64,000 nt of DNA from a virus. Lineage: Duplodnaviria; Heunggongvirae; Uroviricota; Caudoviricetes. Below are positions 11,111-20,329 of this stretch, piece after piece (within the stretch, counting starts at the first letter, position 1; each line of letters begins with the position of its first letter). The position numbers and the translations under genes were made by a program. Below the pieces are notes generated by a model. It did not search any database. It saw only the letters and a list, made by a program, of their open reading frames with translations, and had not been told where the DNA came from. The stretch spans positions 1 through 64,000 of IMG/VR virus record IMGVR_UViG_3300028833_006001; one strand, 5' to 3'.

Positions 11111-11884
11111 TTAAAGATTTATAAAATGAGATTTTTCTTTATCTTCTTGAATATTTTCTGTTTTATCATTAATTTGTTCTGGTATTTCAGATACAGTTAC
11201 CTCTGGAGCTATATATTCTTCTTTAGGTTCTTCTTTAGGTTCTTCAATTTTTTGTTCTTCCTCTTCTTTATAATCTTCATCTTCTGGAATTGAATTAGAT
11301 TTTTCTTCTCTTTCTTTTTCAATTTCTTCAAATTTCTTTAAAGCTTCTTCTGAAGGTTCATCTTCTTCAATATCTCCAACTTCTTCTCCTTCAAGTGGTT
11401 CTTCCTCTGTTTTTTCAATATATTCTACTTCTTCATTTTCTTTTTTAGCTAAAAATCCACTAACCATTGCTGTTAAAAGAAGAGCAACTATAGGAAGGAT
11501 AGCTCCTTGAATATAACTAAGAATTACATTTGCTTCAGCATCTGGAAGTTGTGTCCATACAAATATAGGTTCTTTAAAAAATCTAAGATTTTCACTAGCA
11601 TTAGATATTAAATATTTATAAGAATTATATACATTACCCATAATTTGTACAAGAGTAAGAATACTCATTAATACCCAAGGCATTACTTTCTTTCTTTGAC
11701 TTGAATCAGTAAGAATACTAAAAAGTACAGCAGCTTGACCAATTTCAAATGCTATAGCTAACATTATTGCTAAAAGTGATGTATTAGCAAGACCAAAGAA
11801 AGCAAATCCATGAATACCTGAAACAAGAGCAACAAATGTATACAATATTATAAACAATATAATATAAATTTTATTACTTTTCAT
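11111..11884 (-). CDS. multi-pass membrane protein with poly-acidic (E-rich) C-terminal tail
   Basis: About four hydrophobic segments (YIILFIILYTFVALV, LLAIMLAIAFEIGQAAVLFSIL, WVLMSILTLVQIMG, AILPIVALLLTAMVSGFLA). These are followed by a roughly 100-aa E/K/D-rich tail. Confidence 0.5.
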   Translation of the reverse strand: MKSNKIYIILFIILYTFVALVSGIHGFAFFGLANTSLLAIMLAIAFEIGQAAVLFSILTDSSQRKKVMPWVLMSILTLVQIMGNVYNSYKYLISNASENLRFFKEPIFVWTQLPDAEANVILSYIQGAILPIVALLLTAMVSGFLAKKENEEVEYIEKTEEEPLEGEEVGDIEEDEPSEEALKKFEEIEKEREEKSNSIPEDEDYKEEEEQKIEEPKEEPKEEYIAPEVTVSEIPEQINDKTENIQEDKEKSHFINL

Positions 11885-11909
11885 ATGTTATTTATTTAAT
11901 TTGTTTTTC

Positions 11910-11956
11910 TCTTTAAAAATAAAAAATAAAAGGTCTATTAATAAAATAGACCTTTA
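11910..11956 (-). terminator. rho-independent terminator (minus strand)
   Basis: Inverted repeat AAAGGTCTATT-AATAA-AATAGACCTTT. It is followed by a U-run on the minus strand, immediately after the stop of the 11977..12504 gene. Confidence 0.7.
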
Positions 11957-11976
11957 TAATTTAAAAATTCAGTGAA

Positions 11977-12504
11977 TTATTCTTCGTCAAATTCAAGTAA
12001 TTCAGAATTATATTTTATAGTTACTGGATATTTATTAATATCACTTGAATCCAATTTTGTAAATATCTTATTTAAAATATTCTTATTATCATCTTGATTC
12101 TTATTGAGTATTTCAAATTCATCAAAAAGAATAATATATTTTAAATTTGTAAGTTTAAACATATTATTTTTGGTATCTTTTGATTTATCATCATAATAAG
12201 AATCCCATTTTAAATTGATTTGTTCATCTTCATAGTCATCAGATGAATGTTCAAACTTTTCATATTCAAAATATGCATCTGAAATATTATCAACATTCTT
12301 ACCAAGAAGATTTTGATATTTCTTATTTTCTGATGGAAGTTCTTTTAGAAGAACATCTCCGATATATATTTGGATATCACTTTCAGAATAAGTTTCAGGA
12401 GCTGTCAATGTAAATACTTTTGGTAATACATCAAATACAACCTTTACATTTCTTACTATGATTTGTTGATATTCTTCTTTAATATATTCAATTAAACTTT
12501 TCAT
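11977..12504 (-). CDS. hypothetical protein with short-form leader (MKSLIEYIKEE)
   Basis: The N-terminus matches the M-K-x-(I/L)-x-x-Y-I-x-E pattern shared with the array genes further along. Confidence 0.45.
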   Translation of the reverse strand: MKSLIEYIKEEYQQIIVRNVKVVFDVLPKVFTLTAPETYSESDIQIYIGDVLLKELPSENKKYQNLLGKNVDNISDAYFEYEKFEHSSDDYEDEQINLKWDSYYDDKSKDTKNNMFKLTNLKYIILFDEFEILNKNQDDNKNILNKIFTKLDSSDINKYPVTIKYNSELLEFDEE

Positions 12505-12521
12505 TAGTTAACATTATATAT

Positions 12522-13751
12522 TTATTCATCTCCATCAATATCATTAAGACCATTAAATTCGTTAATAAGTCTTGAATTTACATAGATTGGTTCATCATTA
12601 TTATCATATTCATCTTCATCATGCTTAGCTTCTTGCATAAGTTCGAAAATATCTACAAACTTTGCAAACATCTTTTTATCTTTCTTGATGTAGTTGATAA
12701 CTTTAGCTATTTCAGCAGTAATTGAAGATGGTGAGCTATAACCATATTTCTTGGCCATTTCTTTACCAGAAAGTTTCTTTGCTCCATTTTCAACACCAAA
12801 TCCAAAGTGATTCTTGAATATATCCATTGTCTTAGGACCAAACTTTTCTTCAAGTTGTTTAAGAATCTGATCCCAAAGGTCATCAATTTCCTTACGGTCA
12901 ATATTCTTACCAGGATTTTCCATTCCACCTACAAGGTCAAATAATGTCTTTCCTTCTTCTCCATCCTTTCCACCAAGATGACGGTCTCCAGATACTGAGT
13001 TAGATTTAGCAATAAATCCCTTCTCATCCTTTTCTTTCTTCTGACGAGAAATAGGAATACGTACAAGATGAGAGAAATTCTTAGTTGCTTCAAGAATTTC
13101 TACACGAATCATCTGAGCAGCATACTGAAGGAAAGTATATGACTTATACTTAGAAATATCAATTTCTTCTCCAGTTAATTCTTCCTTCTTTTTCTGCTTA
13201 TTACTCTTCTTGCCATATGTGTCCATAGCATAAACAAGTCCCTTCATACCGAATGCATAAATATCATCTCTGTCAAATGAAGTCTTGCCTAACCAAGAAT
13301 TAGTAATCTTATGTACAAGTGGTTCATATTTCTTTACAATAGCAGTTCTACCTTTTTCTGTTGTAAGGTCCATGATTACTTCATCAGGAGAAGCTGTCTT
13401 ATCAAGAATTGAATCAAACTGTTCTTTAGTCATAAAAGTAGGAATTTCAAGAATTCTTCCACTTGAATAAATCTTAGTAATATTACTATATAAAGATTTA
13501 AGAGAACTATCCTTTGGAATTCCCTTGTTATAGAAATCTACAAGAGCATTATCATTATCTCCTGTTGAAAGATCCTTGATATATGTCTTGTTATTTTCAA
13601 TTAACCATTTACATACTTCTTTAGCTTCAGCTGAAATAAATTTATCAGCTATTTCAAGATATTTATTTAGCTGATCTACAGTAAGATAGTTTATTGAATC
13701 CTCTTGGATTTCAATTGTTTTTGATTCGAATAATTGCGAAAATTTTTTCAT
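12522..13751 (-). CDS. sigma-70-family RNA polymerase sigma factor (regions 2 and 4) with N-terminal extension
   Basis: DDIYAFGMKGLVYAMDTY and YTFLQYAAQMIRVEILEA resemble region 2.2-2.4 (DLIQEG.IGL..A..KFD / FSTYA.WWIR.AI). The C-terminal LSGKEMAKKYGYSSPSSITAEIAKVINYIKK resembles the region 4.2 helix-turn-helix. Confidence 0.6.
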   Translation of the reverse strand: MKKFSQLFESKTIEIQEDSINYLTVDQLNKYLEIADKFISAEAKEVCKWLIENNKTYIKDLSTGDNDNALVDFYNKGIPKDSSLKSLYSNITKIYSSGRILEIPTFMTKEQFDSILDKTASPDEVIMDLTTEKGRTAIVKKYEPLVHKITNSWLGKTSFDRDDIYAFGMKGLVYAMDTYGKKSNKQKKKEELTGEEIDISKYKSYTFLQYAAQMIRVEILEATKNFSHLVRIPISRQKKEKDEKGFIAKSNSVSGDRHLGGKDGEEGKTLFDLVGGMENPGKNIDRKEIDDLWDQILKQLEEKFGPKTMDIFKNHFGFGVENGAKKLSGKEMAKKYGYSSPSSITAEIAKVINYIKKDKKMFAKFVDIFELMQEAKHDEDEYDNNDEPIYVNSRLINEFNGLNDIDGDE

Positions 13752-13911
13752 ATTTGTGTTTAATTAAACATTTTTATTATAATACTTCAGTATAAACTAT
13801 AGAACAATTTTTTTAAAATTCAATATTTTTTCATCTTTTTATAAAATAATGAAAAATAATTTTAAACATATCTATATTTATATATAAAAATAATAGTTTT
13901 AATTCATTAAT

Positions 13912-14448
13912 ATGGGTTTTTTTAACTGGTGTTACCAACATTCTTTAATCGGTAGGACAGTTAATATGGTATCAGATTATATATATTTCAAAAAAGATAA
14001 AAAAATAATTTCAGATACATTTTATGGTCCAGCATTTGATTTAGTCCTTAAAAAATATCTTAAAGCAAATTTTAAAAGGGACTGGATTGGAAGATTATAT
14101 GGTGTTGTGAATCCTAATTTAGATGAAAATGGTAAATATGATTTCAATAATGTAATTATTGAATTAGATGGAGATAATACAAATAATAATGAATATGTAC
14201 GTAATTGGGTATATAGACAAATGAGAATGATTAGTACATTATTCAAAATTGAAAGATTATATGATTATATTGATATTGAATTTAATCATGTTGGTCCAGA
14301 AAATCAAGATAACTATTTAGTAATATTTGATATTGTTTCTAGAAAAATTTCTGTTGAATCATGTAAAAAATTTTTCAGACATATATTATTTGATGGAGTT
14401 CTAGCTGGAATAATATTGTTTGTCTTAAAAATTTTATTGATTATATAA
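13912..14448 (+). CDS. hypothetical protein with C-terminal transmembrane helix
   Basis: ORF ending in the hydrophobic segment GVLAGIILFVLKILLII. Confidence 0.4.
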   Translation: MGFFNWCYQHSLIGRTVNMVSDYIYFKKDKKIISDTFYGPAFDLVLKKYLKANFKRDWIGRLYGVVNPNLDENGKYDFNNVIIELDGDNTNNNEYVRNWVYRQMRMISTLFKIERLYDYIDIEFNHVGPENQDNYLVIFDIVSRKISVESCKKFFRHILFDGVLAGIILFVLKILLII

Positions 14449-14468
14449 AAATATTTTTAACGTTAAAA

Positions 14469-14978
14469 ATGGATGTACTTGAAAAGAAAAAGCAATTAGC
14501 TGAGTACGAAAAGAGTTTAAAGAGTTTAACTCTTGAACAACTTAAAGAAAAAGAACAAGAAATAATTAAAGAAGCTGATGAAAATGATAAGGCTATTGCA
14601 TCAAAGGAATTTAAGCTTCCTGGTGAAAATTATAAAATAGTAGCTAATGGTATCAGAAAACTTCTTGAAAAGCAGACAGTAGAATGGAGATTTACTCTTG
14701 GTATGGTTTCAATGTATGATTTTTGGAATCCAGAAAATTTCCCTACAGTTGTAACATATCCTATGCTTGATGCAACTCTTCGTACTCTTGGTGAAATGAA
14801 GTTCACTGGTTATAGTGAATGGGCAGCTGTTGTAGCAATTAATAAGTATTTTGAATCACTTCATGCTGAATATGAAAGTGCAACTGAAAAGATTTATGAT
14901 ATTGCTTCTAAGCATAATGCTATCATTGATGAGCTTGGTCTTCGTGAACCAGTTGCTGGAGAAAAGGCAGAAAATTAA
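14469..14978 (+). CDS. hypothetical protein (169 aa)
   Basis: ORF followed by a plus-strand terminator. Confidence 0.4.
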   Translation: MDVLEKKKQLAEYEKSLKSLTLEQLKEKEQEIIKEADENDKAIASKEFKLPGENYKIVANGIRKLLEKQTVEWRFTLGMVSMYDFWNPENFPTVVTYPMLDATLRTLGEMKFTGYSEWAAVVAINKYFESLHAEYESATEKIYDIASKHNAIIDELGLREPVAGEKAEN

Positions 14979-15013
14979 TTTAGTTTAGCCAAATTTATAT
15001 TTTAGTATTTTTC

Positions 15014-15050
15014 TTCCTTAAGATTTATTCTTAAGGGAGTTTTTTTATTT
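15014..15050 (+). terminator. rho-independent terminator (plus strand)
   Basis: CCTTAAGA-TTTAT-TCTTAAGG stem-loop followed by GAGTTTTTTTA. Confidence 0.65.
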
Positions 15051-15106
15051 ATTTCGCCCCAGATTTAATCAAAATATATGATACGATATAGTTTATATTT
15101 TTTGTC

Positions 15107-15166
15107 TTAAAACGTCCCAAAACTAAAAAGAACTATCACAGAATTAAAATCTGAGATAGTTCTTAA
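15107..15166 (-). terminator. conserved terminator element, copy 1 (AAACGTCCCAAAA box plus hairpin)
   Basis: Hairpin AAGAACTATC...GATAGTTCTT. On the minus strand it is followed by TTTTTAGTTTTGGGACGTTTT. The same architecture recurs at 17308..17365. Confidence 0.6.
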
Positions 15167-15171
15167 AGTTA

Positions 15172-15378
15172 TTAGATACCATATACTCTATTCTGAAGAA
15201 TTTTATATATTTTTTCAGGATCATCATCTTCTCTTATATATCTATCATACCATCCACTATATTGAATAAACCATCTTAAATGTACAACACAATGTTCAGT
15301 TTTACAGATAAATATACTTTGTTCTATTTCCTCTTTTGTAGGAGTAAGTTCAGTTAAATATTCTTTTACTTTTATCAT
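15172..15378 (-). CDS. small protein downstream of uvsW (UvsW.1-like position)
   Basis: 68-aa ORF overlapping the helicase stop by 4 nt. In T4 a small uvsW.1 gene follows uvsW in the same position. Confidence 0.4.
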   Translation of the reverse strand: MIKVKEYLTELTPTKEEIEQSIFICKTEHCVVHLRWFIQYSGWYDRYIREDDDPEKIYKILQNRVYGI

Positions 15379-17189
15379 ACATTTTTAACAATTATATTAT
15401 AATCATATTTATTTTTCTTATAAATCTTTATTTTTTCAAGTCCTTGACGATATATAGATTTAGTAGAAATACTTTCATCAAAACAATCGATAAAATCATA
15501 TACAATATATTTATCTTTCAATTTACTAAGTCCAAGTCCACGACCTAAAGATTGCATATTAATTGTACCAGATTTAAATGATTCAAATAATACACCAAAA
15601 CAAAGATTTGAAAGAGTAATACCAGTTCCTATACAACCATATGAAGCGACAAGTATACAATTATTATTTTCTTTCAGAGTTTGTTTTATAGCATCTCTTT
15701 CTTTTGATTTTGTCTTACCATGAATAATACATACAATTTTATCTGGCATTCTTTTCTTTATTTCATCAGCAACATACATAAGATATTCTGTATGATGAGC
15801 AAGAACAAGTGTATTATATGGGCAAATACTTAATATATCATTACAAAGAATATCAATTCTTTTAGACATAAAATGTATCATCATTTTCTCAACTACAAGA
15901 TTATTTGTACTTGTTGAGTCTTTTATTTGTTTCATAAGTAATTCAATATACTTATCTTCTTTTTCTTTATCATTGAGATCTTGATTGTTATAAATTTCTC
16001 TTTTTGATAATAGAAGACCATATGGGAATTGTTTTTCATATTGAATTAAAAACTCTGGATTCTTAAGTAAAACTTTTTCCTTCTTCTTTTTATTTTGTTT
16101 TGTAATCTTTTCTACTTCAACAAATGGAGATAAAGCATATTCTGCACATTTTATAAAAAGTTTCTTTTGACTATCTAAGTCATTTACATAATTTATTCTG
16201 AACTGATTAATCTCAATATCAGAAATATATCCTTCATCCATTAATTCTCTTGGAGTAATCTCTTGTATTTTTGCACCAATAAGAGCATGAAGACAATATC
16301 TTTCTATTGTTTTTTCTTGAGGAAGTGTACCAGTCATACCAAAAGCAATTTTTACTTTATTCATAAATGGTTGAGATATGATGTTCTTTATTTGTGCTGC
16401 TGTAGCACGATGAACTTCATCTACAAATACACAATCAAAATCATCAAAGAAATGAGGATTATATTTCTTATTTGACCTATCTAAGAATTTAATAAGGCTT
16501 TGGAATGTACCTACAGTAAGATTAGCACTTTCAACAAGTTTACCACCTGACCATATACATTCAGTATTAAAAAACTCAGCATAATCATTAAAGTCATCAT
16601 ATGCTTGCTTTACAAGATCAATTGATGGAACAATCATAAGTATTTTCTTAACACCAAGATATTCCATACAATACCTGAATATCATATATGAAATAAGAGT
16701 CTTACCAGCACGAGTAGCAAGCTGTGAAAGAGATTTATTCCACTGAATAATTTTATATGCAGCTTCATATTGATATGGTCTAGGTTTTATAGAAAGATTC
16801 CAAGAGTCAACAATTTCTTTGAATTCATTAAATGAATGTTTCATCTTTCTCTTAAATCTATCTGGATCAAGACCATCATAAGGAATCTTATTTGTCTTTA
16901 AAAATTTATATATAACTTGCCAAAGTCCAATACTACACCATAATAATTGCTGACCAGAAGTTTGAACATAGTCAAATATAAAATCTTGTGTAAATCTTGG
17001 ACCTTTATATGTAGGTAAAAAACAAATAGGATCAGTAAGATTTATATGTTTTTTCAATAAATCAAATACATGATGCTTTACCCATTTTTTAACATCTTTT
17101 TCGAATACATTAATATATTCATCTGGAGTTAAATCACATTTTAGGAATAAATATCTTGAATCTGTATCTGAAAATTTAAAATGAATCAT
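15375..17189 (-). CDS. uvsW: SF2 DNA helicase, T4 UvsW-like
   Basis: Walker A is LATRAGKT and Walker B is VFVDEVHRA. The C-terminal ILVASYGCIGTGITLSNL and SLGRGLG align closely with T4 UvsW IIIVASYGVFSTGISVKNL and TIGRVLR. Confidence 0.78.
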   Translation of the reverse strand: MIHFKFSDTDSRYLFLKCDLTPDEYINVFEKDVKKWVKHHVFDLLKKHINLTDPICFLPTYKGPRFTQDFIFDYVQTSGQQLLWCSIGLWQVIYKFLKTNKIPYDGLDPDRFKRKMKHSFNEFKEIVDSWNLSIKPRPYQYEAAYKIIQWNKSLSQLATRAGKTLISYMIFRYCMEYLGVKKILMIVPSIDLVKQAYDDFNDYAEFFNTECIWSGGKLVESANLTVGTFQSLIKFLDRSNKKYNPHFFDDFDCVFVDEVHRATAAQIKNIISQPFMNKVKIAFGMTGTLPQEKTIERYCLHALIGAKIQEITPRELMDEGYISDIEINQFRINYVNDLDSQKKLFIKCAEYALSPFVEVEKITKQNKKKKEKVLLKNPEFLIQYEKQFPYGLLLSKREIYNNQDLNDKEKEDKYIELLMKQIKDSTSTNNLVVEKMMIHFMSKRIDILCNDILSICPYNTLVLAHHTEYLMYVADEIKKRMPDKIVCIIHGKTKSKERDAIKQTLKENNNCILVASYGCIGTGITLSNLCFGVLFESFKSGTINMQSLGRGLGLSKLKDKYIVYDFIDCFDESISTKSIYRQGLEKIKIYKKNKYDYNIIVKNV

Positions 17190-17307
17190 GTATAATTTTT
17201 ATAAATATATATTAAAATAGTAAAATATATTTATAAAATACAAATTTAAATAAATCGTCCTGGATGAGTTTATTTACTAAATATGTACAGAACATCGGAA
17301 AATATTT

Positions 17308-17365
17308 TTAAACGTCCCAAAAATAAAAAGAAGTATCAAAGAAACGAAATCTTTGATACTTCTAA
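17308..17365 (-). terminator. conserved terminator element, copy 2
   Basis: Hairpin AAGAAGTATCAAAG...CTTTGATACTTCT with a U-run on the minus strand, then TTTTGGGACGTTT. The stem differs from copy 1 by compensatory substitutions. Confidence 0.6.
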
Positions 17366-17382
17366 TAAGTTATTTCTAATGA

Positions 17383-17550
17383 TTACTGCTTATCTAGAAT
17401 ATAGAATATAAGAGCCATAACCAAATACAGACCAACACCAACACCATAAAGGAGAGCTGCAAGAACCCAAACAATTCTGATTACAGAAACATTTACACCA
17501 AACTTATTTGCAAGTCTTGCGCAAACACCAAAAATCATTTTATTTGCCAT
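17383..17550 (-). CDS. PspC-domain small membrane protein (55 aa; below the ORF-track cutoff)
   Basis: Hand translation gives MANKMIFGVCARLANKFGVNVSVIRIVWVLAALLYGVGVGLYLVMALIFYILDKQ. This matches the PspC-domain pattern G(V)C.GLA..FG.....R..FV.....G.G.L.Y. Confidence 0.6.
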   Translation of the reverse strand: MANKMIFGVCARLANKFGVNVSVIRIVWVLAALLYGVGVGLYLVMALIFYILDKQ

Positions 17551-17587
17551 ATACTTTTGATATTTATTTATATATTAATATAGAAAA

Positions 17588-18583
17588 TTACTTAGAAAAA
17601 TTTAGCATTACTCCCTGACCATTACCCATCATATATGTAGGAAGCTGACCATTCCACTTGTTAATCCATTCAAGCTCTACAATTCGAGGATTAGTAGAAA
17701 TTGACTGTCCTTTAATCTTAAGTGCCTGAGCTTCAGCTTCAGCCTGAGTAATATCAATATCCTTCTGAATCTGTGCCTGCTTCAAAAGCTCATTTTTCTG
17801 CTTAGTTACCTCAATAAGAGTAAGTGCCTTCTGTTCCTCAAGTTTCTTCTGGTTAATAGACTGTTCATATTCCTGATTGTAATAGACTTCACGAATATCA
17901 ATCTGTTCAAGAATAAGGTGATATGCCTCAATATCCTTCTTCATCTTATCATAAGTAAGCTGCTGAATTTCCTCACGCTTATTAGAATAAACTTCAATAG
18001 GAGTATACTTAGAAGCAGTAAGAGCAAGTGCAGACTTCAACTTAGCCTTAATAACATTCTCTTCAAGCCAAAGGAATCGTCCATTAGAAGAATCATCAAG
18101 CTCAGATACATTATCATAAATCCACCAAGCATATTCCTCATCAATCTTCCATGATGCAGAGATAGCAAATCCCATCTTAATACCATCAACAGTAGGTGCC
18201 CAGATTGTAGTGCCCTGTACAGAATTCTTCTTAGTATCAGTCATACGAGTATCATCTGCAGAAGCATCATTACGAGAACCAAGATTAGCACAAGTATAAA
18301 CCTGAACAGTCTTATCCATCTTTACAACATTATACCATGGCATTATCATATGCCAACCAGTCTTATAAGATTCATGTTTAACACCACCAGGAGTAACAAC
18401 TACACCACATTCCTGTGCAGGAATTACCGCAACAAAACTAAGAACAACCAATGTAATAATACCGGTAACAAGGATAGATAGATGATTTGGAAGTACTTTT
18501 TCTTCCTGAACTTTATTAGTAATAAAAGCTACCACCCAATAAACAATTGCGAGAATACCAAGAATAGTAATAAATGTAAGCAT
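17588..18583 (-). CDS. SPFH/Band-7 (prohibitin/HflKC-like) membrane protein
   Basis: N-terminal transmembrane segment. The ECGVVVTPGGV...GWHMIMPW core is typical of SPFH domains. A long coiled-coil Q/E/K-rich C-terminal region follows. Confidence 0.6.
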   Translation of the reverse strand: MLTFITILGILAIVYWVVAFITNKVQEEKVLPNHLSILVTGIITLVVLSFVAVIPAQECGVVVTPGGVKHESYKTGWHMIMPWYNVVKMDKTVQVYTCANLGSRNDASADDTRMTDTKKNSVQGTTIWAPTVDGIKMGFAISASWKIDEEYAWWIYDNVSELDDSSNGRFLWLEENVIKAKLKSALALTASKYTPIEVYSNKREEIQQLTYDKMKKDIEAYHLILEQIDIREVYYNQEYEQSINQKKLEEQKALTLIEVTKQKNELLKQAQIQKDIDITQAEAEAQALKIKGQSISTNPRIVELEWINKWNGQLPTYMMGNGQGVMLNFSK

Positions 18584-18618
18584 AATTTTTGTTTGTTTTA
18601 AAAAGTTTATAAATTAAT

Positions 18619-18882
18619 TTATCGTGTTTCTACAAAATAAACTGTACTTTCCATAATACCCCAACTAGAACTTTCCTGGAAAGTCTTTTTTACTGGAATA
18701 TAATCATCACTCATAGGGCGAGTAAGATAGAAAAGTTCATTATCTTTCCAAGTAACCATCATAAGTTCTTGACCAGCAGGAAGATTGATAGTCATTTCAC
18801 CACCAAACTGACGTGTACGAGTCTGTTCAGTACAACTGCACATACAAATAAGTGCAACAATAATCAAAATAAGTTTCTTCAT
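18619..18882 (-). CDS. small secreted protein or lipoprotein (87 aa)
   Basis: Signal peptide MKKLILIIVALICMCSCTEQ with a Cys cluster at the putative cleavage or lipidation site. Confidence 0.45.
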   Translation of the reverse strand: MKKLILIIVALICMCSCTEQTRTRQFGGEMTINLPAGQELMMVTWKDNELFYLTRPMSDDYIPVKKTFQESSSWGIMESTVYFVETR

Positions 18883-18885
18883 TTT

Positions 18886-19290
18886 TTAATTCTTTTTATA
18901 AATGTTATTTCCAAAATAATATAAAAGCATTCTATATTTTTTATCTTTATCCATTGTATTTGAAATATGATTCCAAATTTCTTCAATAGTCATATTATCA
19001 ATTTTCTCATGTTTAAGACCAGTACAATTAGTAACTTTGAGATAGTTCCTAATCTTTTCATTCTTTTCTTCTTCATCATTGTCTGGAATAAAAACAATCC
19101 AATCATTTGTTATTTCTGAAGGAGAAAATGAAATATCCCATTTATACTGTTCAATAAACTTTCCAGTTTTATTATGTTTTATTGCAAATGGCCCTTCATA
19201 TCCTTTCAACTTTTGTGTTTGAAGGATATTAAGAGCAGCTTCCAACGGAAGATTTTCAAGAACACTTTTCCAATTTCTAATATGTTTCAT
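18886..19290 (-). CDS. hypothetical protein (134 aa)
   Basis: ORF only. Confidence 0.35.
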   Translation of the reverse strand: MKHIRNWKSVLENLPLEAALNILQTQKLKGYEGPFAIKHNKTGKFIEQYKWDISFSPSEITNDWIVFIPDNDEEEKNEKIRNYLKVTNCTGLKHEKIDNMTIEEIWNHISNTMDKDKKYRMLLYYFGNNIYKKN

Positions 19291-19368
19291 TTATGTCTTA
19301 TTTAAAATTACATACTAAATATAGTATAGTTTTTCAAAATTTCAAATTTTTTTCTATTTATTTGAAAA

Positions 19369-19791
19369 ATGTTTATTATATTATTTGAGATTAATCAAAT
19401 ATATATAGAAATTAAAATGAATTATTTTGAAATAAATGATCTTTTATCTAAAGAAATATTACCACAAATAAATGATATCATATCTAATTTTTTAGAAGAT
19501 AAATTTTCATATATTGAAAATGAAGAAGATTTAGAAGATTTAGAAGATTATGAAGTTGATGATGAACTTATTGATATCGTAAAATCAGGTATATATGATG
19601 TAATTGCTGAAGTAAAAGATGATTATAAAGAAGAATTATCTAAAGTAGATGAAGATATAAATGAAAATGAATTAATCAATATGATTGAATCTTCAGTTAA
19701 TGACTATAAAGATATAATGGCTGAAAGAATAAGAGAAGAATTTGATAAAGAAGACTTTTTCGAAGATTATTATTCAGACATTGAATTTTAA
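19369..19791 (+). CDS. acidic hypothetical protein (140 aa)
   Basis: Very D/E-rich ORF, followed by a terminator. Confidence 0.4.
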   Translation: MFIILFEINQIYIEIKMNYFEINDLLSKEILPQINDIISNFLEDKFSYIENEEDLEDLEDYEVDDELIDIVKSGIYDVIAEVKDDYKEELSKVDEDINENELINMIESSVNDYKDIMAERIREEFDKEDFFEDYYSDIEF

Positions 19792-19826
19792 AAAAAAGAG
19801 GTTCATAATTGAACCTCTTTTATTTT
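19790..19826. terminator. bidirectional rho-independent terminator
   Basis: A-run, then AGAGGTTCA-TAAT-TGAACCTCT, then TTTATTTT. It sits between convergent genes. Confidence 0.7.
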
Positions 19827-20215
19827 GAATAATATGTCTTCATTTTATAGTTTCCACAATTCCAAGTGTCATTAATTTTATTATTCTTGACACAAGCAAT
19901 ATGACCACGAATATTTATAAGATATGTTCCATTATGAGTTTCAGCAAATTTAGAAACTGTAATATAATTCGGTAGAGAAACTTTGATTAGTCCTTTTTCC
20001 TTTGCATACTTATCTATAACTTTATGAGAATTTGGCATATCAAATTCTTTTGCTGCAATAATACATAGTTCTTTAAAAACTACACTCCAACTCAATCCAA
20101 GAATACAACAAAATGCTCGAATTACACAATCTCCCTTATTCCATCTCTTAGGCTTTCCAGTCTTCTTATCAATTTTAGCATCAGGATTTGGATTGAAATA
20201 TACAAAATTATTCAT
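19820..20215 (-). CDS. hypothetical protein with Cys/His pair (possible papain-like fold; speculative)
   Basis: GDCVIRAF ... RGHIACV. A conserved Cys..His spacing is only suggestive. Confidence 0.3.
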   Translation of the reverse strand: MNNFVYFNPNPDAKIDKKTGKPKRWNKGDCVIRAFCCILGLSWSVVFKELCIIAAKEFDMPNSHKVIDKYAKEKGLIKVSLPNYITVSKFAETHNGTYLINIRGHIACVKNNKINDTWNCGNYKMKTYYSK

Positions 20216-20269
20216 AAATGTTTGTTTTTTAATTACATATATAATATAGTATATTTTTTAAAAAATTCA

Positions 20270-20305
20270 AAAAAAGAGAATGAAATTATCATTCTCTTTA
20301 TTTTT
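20270..20305 (-). terminator. rho-independent terminator after the tail tube gene
   Basis: AAGAGAATGA-AATTA-TCATTCTCTT. On the minus strand it is followed by TTTTTTGAATTTTTT. Confidence 0.7.
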
Positions 20306-20329
20306 AAGTATTTGAATTTGATTTAGTTA

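Noticed and set aside
18619-18882. Small signal-peptide protein as an o-spanin
   Set aside because: It is tempting because o-spanins are small outer-membrane lipoproteins. However, the lysozyme gene is 31 kb away, no i-spanin partner is evident, and the lipobox is non-canonical. Left as a generic secreted protein or lipoprotein.
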